From the NCBI GenBank assembly GCA_965222115.1, contig CBDCTJ010000007.1, forward strand, positions 1,760,001 to 1,824,000: a DNA stretch of 64,000 nucleotides, given 5' to 3'. The stretch is from Planctomycetota bacterium. Lineage in GTDB: Bacteria > Planctomycetota > PLA2 > JAEUHO01. Position numbers and translations under genes: made by a program. Positions 56,837 through 64,000 of the stretch are shown piece after piece. The notes beneath the pieces were generated by a model. It was not told the origin of the DNA. It did not search any database and saw only the letters and a program-made list of their open reading frames with translations. Each line of letters begins with the position of its first letter. Within the stretch, counting starts at the first letter, position 1.

Positions 56837-59800
56837 CTAGTTCGTCTTCCGTAGCGTAATGCGTACGCCGTCGGTGCCTGCCTCAATGCCCGTTCTCTCC
56901 CCGAGAGCCATCGGCTTCAAGTATCGACGTCCGATGACCTTGTAGCGGCCCGGTGGCAGACCTCGGATCGTGAACGTGCCATTCTGCTTATCAAGCTGTC
57001 CACCAGCGTGCCATGGGTCCTGCCCTTCGGCCTCGACGGAGATGGCGACGTTGTCCAGCCCATCGCCGTCGCCGTCCACGATGCCGGAGATGGCGTTGCC
57101 CTCAACGAGACGAAGTACAACGTCATGTTTCGCGCCACGCATGGGTTCGGAACGCGCATAGCGCGTATATAGGCTGCTTTGCGCCGCAAATACAATGGCG
57201 CTTCCGTCGGCGATCGTGTTCATCGTCCACGAGCCGTCGCTCTTCGGACGCGTACTACCGATGAGCTTTCCGGCGCGATACGCTGTGACGCGCCACGAGT
57301 TTGCCTCGTCCGCTGGCATACCGACGATCCTTCCGCCCATGCTGATCGTCTTCGGAAGTTGAATGCGGATCCCGGTCTTGGGCGCGACGACTTCGATGGG
57401 ATCTGGTGCCGCTTGTCCTTGCGAGCGCATGACGTTGACCAGATAGGTCTCGGCCTTCAGGCCCGCGATTTTCCATCGTCCTTTCGAGTCGGTTCGCACC
57501 CAACCGGCGTGTTCCTTGGACTTCTTCGTTTGTGCAGTCACGAACCTCTGTGTGACGGGCTCCCCGTCGGCGTCAATGACTACACCCTCAAGCGCGAGCC
57601 CCGAGCCGATTTTGATGACGAGATCATCCGTACCGGGCGCGACATCATGCACCGTTGTTGGCGCAAAGGTCTGACCACCCTGGTGGTTCCAGACTTGAAG
57701 GGTCAGATTGCAGCGCACATGTTCCGGAATACCTTCGATAACGAAACTACCGTCCGCTTGGACTTGACCGCTCGAGCTGCCCCGCATCGTCGCGCCGCTG
57801 GCTTTCCAGTTCGCGCTGACGTTGCCTTGCTTCAGCGGCTCGTCATCCGGACCGAGCGCTGTTCCCTTAATCGCGACGCCTCGCGAGAGTTCAATGCGCA
57901 CGTCGGTCGTACCGGCTTTCACCTGACGTCGGGGCGGTCGGACATAGCCGGGCGGCCTTGAAAGATGGACATTGCGCATACCCTTCCGAAGCCCGCCAAC
58001 GGAGAACCGACCGTCCGGACCTGTGACCGAGTCGGTTTCGCCGACGCGAAGTGGCAGCCCGGGTACGCCCTTGCCTTTCTCGTCGACCACGATGCCTGAT
58101 ATTTCCATGCCAGCGCGGAGCTTGATGACCACAGTCCCGCTCGGGTCATCGACCTTCTTCGACTCGGGCATGAGATTGAGCGGCTTTCCAGATGCATCGC
58201 GCGCCGACGCGACTCTCACCGTAAAGGGCGGTGCGCCGCTTACCCGATGGGTGAACTCCCCGTTCATGACATCGAATCCGCGGGAGCCGCTCACTTCGAT
58301 GAAGGCGTTTGCGCTGCGTGAGTCATTCACACCCGCGATCGAAACAGAGCAGACGGGGATCAGCTTGTCGTTTGGCCCAATGATCCGGCCTTGAATTGTC
58401 GCGGTCTCTGGCTCTTCGTAGACGATGCGAACGTCGGTTGCGGGCGCTTCGAAGGGTTCGCCGAGCTTTGTCGACTGGCCCGAGTTCAAAATGATCAGTT
58501 GCACACGACCCTTCTTGGCGCCCTTGAATGCGAACTTTCCTTCTTTGTCCGAACGCCCCTGCAGCCAAGCCCCGCCATTCAGCCCTTGCAACATGAGCTG
58601 TTGGTTTTTGACGGGCTTTCCTTCGGGATCCACGAGAACGCCCGTCACTTCGACGCCCTCGGCGATTGTGATTTCGATACCCTCTCGCACCTCGCCCGGC
58701 TTCACGTCGACGATCTGCTTGGGCGTACCCTGCCTTCCCTGCATCCAAACGTTGATGGTCCAGTCGCCGGCGGGGACGCCCGTGAGCTCGAACGTGCCGT
58801 CCGCACCGACTCTCTTAGAACCTTGCTCTCCGGCCAACTCGCTGCCATTGCCCCAGAAACTAATCTGTGCCCCTTGGAGTGGTTCACCGTTCGAGTCGAT
58901 CACCTTGCCACGTAGTGTTGCGCCATCGACGAGCTTCAGTATGACTTCCGGGGTCTTCTCGTCTTCGGCAAGCCTGAATGGACTGCTGTACACACCGGCA
59001 TACGGTTGTTTCTTTGCGAAAAGAACCCAGCCAGCCTTAGGCGGCAGGCTCGAGACCTCAAAGCTCCCGTCGGCTTCGGATTTGCCGAGGTTGGTGTTCG
59101 CCCCCGGTTGAATGCCCCACTGCCAGGCAACTTGCTGTAATCCGAAACCGCGTGCGTAAATTTGGGCACTCTCGACACCCGTTCCCTTTGAATCGAGGAC
59201 GCGACCTCGCACCACGTGTCCACGGGCGAGAACCAGATCGCGCTTAAACGCCGAGCCCTCACTGGTGGGGATTACGGTGAGCGTCGAGGGTCCGGTCTGG
59301 ACGCGATTGGGAACGTAGACCTGCTGGCTCGCACCCGGAACCATCTCGGGAAGGTAGTAGCCCTCCTTTTGTGGGACCGCGATGTAGCGGCCGATCGCGA
59401 CGCCCTCAATGCGGTAGATCCCTGCCGCGTCCGTGGTCGTCGATAGGCGGGCTCCCATCGTACCGCCGCGATTGGAGCGGGAGGGGAAGAGCGTGACCTC
59501 GGCGTCTTCAATCGGACGCCCGCTGTCTTTCTCCGTGACGCGTCCCACCACCGTGCCGCCACGGCTCATGGTGAAGTCGAGAGTTAACGTGGCATCATGC
59601 TCGACGGACTTCTCAGTGCACTGGGGCGAGTGCGGACCTAGCTGCAGTGCGAGGAACCCGTCGGCGATGCCGCGGACCCGCGACACCTCTCCGTGAGGTG
59701 CGTTTGCAATGTGGTACGTTCCGTCGGCCGCCGTCAGCGCACGAACCGTCGCAGACGAAGCGCTTTCTTCGTTGTCCATGTTCTTTCCCGACACATGAAT

Positions 59801-60700
59801 GAGAAGCGAGGCACCGCCGATCGGTTCGCCTTTGACGTCGGTGACCGTGCCCTCGATCGCGCTTCCGGTCGTTGGAATGCGAATCAAGAGTTCGCCCTCA
59901 TAGGGTGTGTCAATCGAAGGACCGTGCAACGAGCGCGTGGCGGAGAGGTAGAGGGTGAAATGGATTCTTCCCGGCGGTGCGGCGGGAATCACAAACGAAC
60001 CGTCATTGGTATTCGTTTTCATAGCGCCCAATGTCCAGTTGCGACGTTCGCCGAAGTCGCTCGACCACCAACGTGCATCAATGGCTGTGCTTACACCCCT
60101 GCCCTTCGCATCAACGACACGGCCTACCAATCGTGACCCTTTCATCACGTACAGGAAGGTCGTGTTGTTCGTTGGTTTCGATTCGTGGACGCTTACCGTT
60201 GCCTTCGTGCCAAACAGGGGGGCACTGGGGCGCGCCGCAAGTTCGAACTTGCCCGGCTTGTTGAAGGCGACGCGGAATGTGCCGTTTTCCTTGCTCGCGA
60301 TGGTCGCGATGACTGGATGCAGCGAGTCAGTCGGTTGATCCATGCGTCGAAGGGATTCGCGGATGGACTCGCTGGGCGATCGGTACCAGGATCTCGGATT
60401 TGAGGGATCCCACGCGCGTCCCGTACGGCGGACTACGATCTTAACGCCCGCCGCGGGTTTGCGGTATTCGTCAAGCACGGTTCCAGCGAGCACGTAGGTG
60501 CCGCTCTCCGATGCCTCGTCCATCACGGCACCCACAGTGCCGCCTCCTTGGAGTTCAGGGCCGCCATCCCCATCGTTCGTAACGGTGGGATCCTCGATAA
60601 AGCCGATGTCTTCGTTTGGTCCCCCGTCGTCCAGGATCAAGTAGTACGCGCCGGCGCCCATAAGCAAGGTCACCAACACCCAGATTGCCGTACGTCCCAT
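56837..60700 (-). CDS. Large membrane-anchored protein with many carboxypeptidase-regulatory-like repeats
   Basis: RBS GGGAGG; TM; repeated 'GRV.D..G.P...A', 'TD..G.F.I.G..PG'. Confidence 0.9.
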   Translation of the reverse strand: MGRTAIWVLVTLLMGAGAYYLILDDGGPNEDIGFIEDPTVTNDGDGGPELQGGGTVGAVMDEASESGTYVLAGTVLDEYRKPAAGVKIVVRRTGRAWDPSNPRSWYRSPSESIRESLRRMDQPTDSLHPVIATIASKENGTFRVAFNKPGKFELAARPSAPLFGTKATVSVHESKPTNNTTFLYVMKGSRLVGRVVDAKGRGVSTAIDARWWSSDFGERRNWTLGAMKTNTNDGSFVIPAAPPGRIHFTLYLSATRSLHGPSIDTPYEGELLIRIPTTGSAIEGTVTDVKGEPIGGASLLIHVSGKNMDNEESASSATVRALTAADGTYHIANAPHGEVSRVRGIADGFLALQLGPHSPQCTEKSVEHDATLTLDFTMSRGGTVVGRVTEKDSGRPIEDAEVTLFPSRSNRGGTMGARLSTTTDAAGIYRIEGVAIGRYIAVPQKEGYYLPEMVPGASQQVYVPNRVQTGPSTLTVIPTSEGSAFKRDLVLARGHVVRGRVLDSKGTGVESAQIYARGFGLQQVAWQWGIQPGANTNLGKSEADGSFEVSSLPPKAGWVLFAKKQPYAGVYSSPFRLAEDEKTPEVILKLVDGATLRGKVIDSNGEPLQGAQISFWGNGSELAGEQGSKRVGADGTFELTGVPAGDWTINVWMQGRQGTPKQIVDVKPGEVREGIEITIAEGVEVTGVLVDPEGKPVKNQQLMLQGLNGGAWLQGRSDKEGKFAFKGAKKGRVQLIILNSGQSTKLGEPFEAPATDVRIVYEEPETATIQGRIIGPNDKLIPVCSVSIAGVNDSRSANAFIEVSGSRGFDVMNGEFTHRVSGAPPFTVRVASARDASGKPLNLMPESKKVDDPSGTVVIKLRAGMEISGIVVDEKGKGVPGLPLRVGETDSVTGPDGRFSVGGLRKGMRNVHLSRPPGYVRPPRRQVKAGTTDVRIELSRGVAIKGTALGPDDEPLKQGNVSANWKASGATMRGSSSGQVQADGSFVIEGIPEHVRCNLTLQVWNHQGGQTFAPTTVHDVAPGTDDLVIKIGSGLALEGVVIDADGEPVTQRFVTAQTKKSKEHAGWVRTDSKGRWKIAGLKAETYLVNVMRSQGQAAPDPIEVVAPKTGIRIQLPKTISMGGRIVGMPADEANSWRVTAYRAGKLIGSTRPKSDGSWTMNTIADGSAIVFAAQSSLYTRYARSEPMRGAKHDVVLRLVEGNAISGIVDGDGDGLDNVAISVEAEGQDPWHAGGQLDKQNGTFTIRGLPPGRYKVIGRRYLKPMALGERTGIEAGTDGVRITLRKTN

Positions 60701-61009
60701 AGTGCCTCCCTTGACGAGGATAGCACTCAACCGAGGGTCGCCGGTCGTCGTTCAATGATGATTGCGCTCTAGGTTCCCGCGTGTCGTCCCATTGACTGTT
60801 TTCAGCACTCAACAAGAGAGGGTCCGATCCGTGACGGTCGGCGTGCTCAAAACGGAAGTCGCTCCGCGCCTGCATACGCGGCGCGGAGCGACGTGCATAC
60901 GGCGAAGCGCGTCTTAGATCGGATCGAACACCTGCAGGAAGAAGTATTCGGCCGTGTCTGCATTCAGCATACTGAACAGATTGCGTTGCGGCATAATCGG
61001 GGAGCAGCT

Positions 61010-62689
61010 ATGGCGAATCTTGCACGTCAACGAATCGGATTCTTGGTTCTGATCGCAGCGGCAATTCTTGGTGCCGCCTATCTATGGTTTGGCGCCGACG
61101 AGTCAGTGCTCGGGCCTGAGGTCGACGTTGCTACGCAGCCAAGTCCGTCGATTGAGAATGAGCCCGCGCTCAAGGGGCAGGCAAACTCACGTTCGAAGCA
61201 GAGCAGAACGAAGAAACCTGCAACGCACCGGAAGAATCGCGAAGCAAAGAAGACGCCAGTAACCGATGCGCACCCAGTTGGCCCTACTCGATTGAAGGGA
61301 CGAATCGTTGTCGAAGGCGATGAGCAGCCCAGCGGACTTCGCGCCATTCTTATCCTAAACGGAGGTCTTCCATTCCCTCATCCGACGAACGACAAGAAAA
61401 ACGTTCAGTTTGAGCTCCCGCTCGACGCCGATGGCTACTTCGACATCGACGTGCTGGGAGGAGAGCGCGCGGGGCTGTGGGTGATGAGTGTGCATGGCGC
61501 TCTTGCGCACAAGGAGATTCGACTGCGTGCAAATGAGGCGGGTATTGTAGACCTTGGAACGACCAAGATTCCTGCATTTCGGCTCGTTCATCTCCGCGTA
61601 CACGGCCTTGGCCAATCAAGCGGCTTTCCAATGTTTCGACGCACGGTCCGCGCGCGACGACTGTATCCAATGGAGAGCCGCGTGGTCTTCGGCCTTGTAG
61701 GACGATCTTGGCAGCGCGTGCTCGTTCCCGGCTTGATGATCCAAGATCACTCGGATGGCTCGAAGAAGTACGAATTCCTGCTGGAGAGCGAGGCTCCCTA
61801 TTCCTTCGTATTGTACGACTCCGATGGTGAGCGCGGCGACGCAGCGTTTCAGATCGACGAATACGTGGCGCCAAACCATGTACATCACTGGTACTTGAAT
61901 CTGGCGCGCTTGAGGTTGGATCGTTCGGCCCTTAGCGACACTGTGCAACGTGGCGGGTTGGTGTATATCAACGCTGGGGCGACCTGGGAGCACTTGCTTA
62001 CGAGTAAAGAGTATCTTGTTTCTCCTAAGCAATCGGTCGGCGTGAGGCTGGAGACGAAAGCGGGACTCTTTGAAACCACGATTGAAACGCCCGAGGCTGG
62101 TCGACTTGTTACGTGGCATCTCAAACCCAAAACGAAGACTGGCAGTGTCAAGATCGAAGTGCGAGCACCGGACGGATCCGTTCCCTCGGAATCCGAGTTT
62201 CACGTTTCGCTCGTTGGCACGGATCCCGTGCGAAGTTGGCGTGGCAGCACCGAGGATCGCGAGCCTATTGCCAGGATCGACAACCTGCCCATCGGTGAGT
62301 ACGAGCTAACGATTGGCGCCTGGCAAGACGGGAGCGATGGTGCACTAGTTGCGATGGACACGCGATTTGAAGTCCGTGAGGGCAAAGTCACGACTGTAAA
62401 GCCGACTCTTCGTCCGGAGCGCGAGGTTATGGGGAACGTCATCGTCGCGTTGAATAAGGCGGATACGGAATCACCCACCGGCTTTCATATCATGCTGCGG
62501 CGCCGCGATGAGTCAGAACGTCTTGTTGCCAACGAACGTATCGGCAGCAGGGCATACAGGGCATCCCTGCGCGCCGGGGAGTACTTGCTGCACGCGTCCG
62601 CCGTCGGGCATGAATCTCAAGAGCTACGCGTGCTCATCCAGTCGGGCGGTACTACACGTGTAAGTGTGTATCTGGAATCGATCGAGTAA
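61010..62689 (+). CDS. Membrane-anchored beta-sandwich protein, paralog B
   Basis: RBS GGGAG; TM; 'EPALKG'; blocks shared with 55020-56705. Confidence 0.8.
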   Translation: MANLARQRIGFLVLIAAAILGAAYLWFGADESVLGPEVDVATQPSPSIENEPALKGQANSRSKQSRTKKPATHRKNREAKKTPVTDAHPVGPTRLKGRIVVEGDEQPSGLRAILILNGGLPFPHPTNDKKNVQFELPLDADGYFDIDVLGGERAGLWVMSVHGALAHKEIRLRANEAGIVDLGTTKIPAFRLVHLRVHGLGQSSGFPMFRRTVRARRLYPMESRVVFGLVGRSWQRVLVPGLMIQDHSDGSKKYEFLLESEAPYSFVLYDSDGERGDAAFQIDEYVAPNHVHHWYLNLARLRLDRSALSDTVQRGGLVYINAGATWEHLLTSKEYLVSPKQSVGVRLETKAGLFETTIETPEAGRLVTWHLKPKTKTGSVKIEVRAPDGSVPSESEFHVSLVGTDPVRSWRGSTEDREPIARIDNLPIGEYELTIGAWQDGSDGALVAMDTRFEVREGKVTTVKPTLRPEREVMGNVIVALNKADTESPTGFHIMLRRRDESERLVANERIGSRAYRASLRAGEYLLHASAVGHESQELRVLIQSGGTTRVSVYLESIE

Positions 62690-62760
62690 CCCTTCGCTAA
62701 GGCGTGCTCGCCCCTCCTCATACGATCGAGTTCGAATGTCCATCTATGAAGCGACGATGC

Positions 62761-64000
62761 TCACTCCTCCAACGACGCATCTTCCCACGTCACTATAGTG
62801 CCGCTCAGTGTCCCGCTGACTTTGACGAGTGTGGTTGGTGTAGCAGCGGCGAAGAAGGCAGCGCGTCCGAGGACCGTTTCGTCAACATCTTCAAAATCGG
62901 CATCGCCGAGTCCCGACGTGTTGATTGACACGCCGAGGATCGAAAGCGTGGGATTGCTCGGTGGGGGCGACGAGTCAATCGGGCCTTGAAGTTCTACGTC
63001 TGTGTTGGGATCGTCTTCGTCGATGGACGTTGCGAGTACGGATGTTGCACCCGAAATGCGCCCTCGAACTTGTACGTGGTCTCCAATGCTGAGATCGGCG
63101 AACGAGCTAGCATCGCCGTCATAGCTTGTGGCGGCGTTGGTGTCGATAGAGATTCCCGGTAGTCCGACCAATGTGATGGTGCTGCCGGCAACGGTCGCAA
63201 TATCCGACTCGAGTTTAATCGGATCCGCAAACTCGATGCGGTTGGCCATGAGGATGCCGCCGACAATTGGTCCCTCCGCCTCGACTTTGGTGCCTAGCAG
63301 AATGTCATCGGCCGTGCCGCCTTCGAAAACGGTAGCGCCGGTGACCTCAACGGGCTGTGAATCCACATCAAACTCGGTCGGCGACGCGATGGATGTCACA
63401 AAACCTTCCACAGAAGCGTCGTCGACGTTGCTTGGCGTTCCATCATCGTTGAGTTTTATCCGAGTTGCGGTGAGTTCCCCTGAACCGCCGAGTGGCAAAT
63501 CGCCGCGTACCTCCACAATCAGCCCATTGCTTGGCGCCCCACCCGGCAAGTCCGATGTGTCCGCCGTCGCGTAGTCCACAAGTTGCGCGCCAACAAAGAA
63601 CGTCATGGCGATTGCATCGTGACTCTCTATTTGCCCTACAACTCGCAGTTCAGAAGGCGTGTCTTCGCGTTCAATGCGCGTGGCAGTAACTTCGCCCGGG
63701 GACTTGTAAAATCCGTACAACTCTACAAAGTCGTTTATTGCTAGACCATCGAGGGAAGCTGGCGTTATGCCGCCATCGAACACGGTGCTTGCCGTGATCG
63801 CCACCATTTGGCCGAGCACGACAAACGTGGATCCATCCACCTTTGCCGTAATGGGACCCTTTAGAACCTCTTCAATGGTGACGTTTGTCGCCGTCCCCGT
63901 GCCGGTAGCGCTATCAAATAGTCCGTCAACGGCAGCAACCATGCCCGCACGCACATCACCTTGGGAGACCGGCATGCCACTAATTGTGATTGCAGCGCTC
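62761..64000 (-). CDS. DUF5666-like repeat protein (5' end outside the window)
   Basis: Repeated 'V.G....T.F.G....L..G..VEV.G......A.RIE' units; acidic. Confidence 0.8.
   Translation of the reverse strand, partial: SAAITISGMPVSQGDVRAGMVAAVDGLFDSATGTGTATNVTIEEVLKGPITAKVDGSTFVVLGQMVAITASTVFDGGITPASLDGLAINDFVELYGFYKSPGEVTATRIEREDTPSELRVVGQIESHDAIAMTFFVGAQLVDYATADTSDLPGGAPSNGLIVEVRGDLPLGGSGELTATRIKLNDDGTPSNVDDASVEGFVTSIASPTEFDVDSQPVEVTGATVFEGGTADDILLGTKVEAEGPIVGGILMANRIEFADPIKLESDIATVAGSTITLVGLPGISIDTNAATSYDGDASSFADLSIGDHVQVRGRISGATSVLATSIDEDDPNTDVELQGPIDSSPPPSNPTLSILGVSINTSGLGDADFEDVDETVLGRAAFFAAATPTTLVKVSGTLSGTIVTWEDASLEE

Noticed and set aside
53917-64000. Integrative element at tRNA-Ser
   Set aside because: No integrase, transposase or duplicated tRNA 3' end is visible in the window.

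Overview
GC-rich bacterial chromosomal segment, most likely Planctomycetota (inferred from a planctomycete-type ECF sigma/Ser-Thr kinase pair, many exported HEAT/TPR proteins, an HGGQYRG-type protein and Cys/Pro-rich lipoproteins). It is mostly housekeeping: rsmA, dnaG-rpoD-Zn ribbon, rnpB, kynU-kynB, recQ, glpX, maeB, mutY, purD, fur, tadA and four tRNAs. Standout observations: (1) a same-strand array of five small Cys/Pro-rich lipoprotein genes (44127-47170), two of them too short for the ORF track, resembling chlamydial OmcA-type envelope cross-linking proteins; (2) a membrane Ser/Thr kinase - ECF sigma - exported TPR-CHAT (caspase-like) protease module; (3) a hidden UxxC thioredoxin-fold selenoprotein with a candidate SECIS; (4) arsS with a fused double glycosyltransferase; (5) an active protease coupled to a pseudo-protease; (6) tRNA-linked palindromic repeats; (7) a paralogous family of membrane-anchored beta-sandwich proteins with a shared PxLxG motif. 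All calls come from manual motif recognition; no database searches were run and some start codons are estimates.
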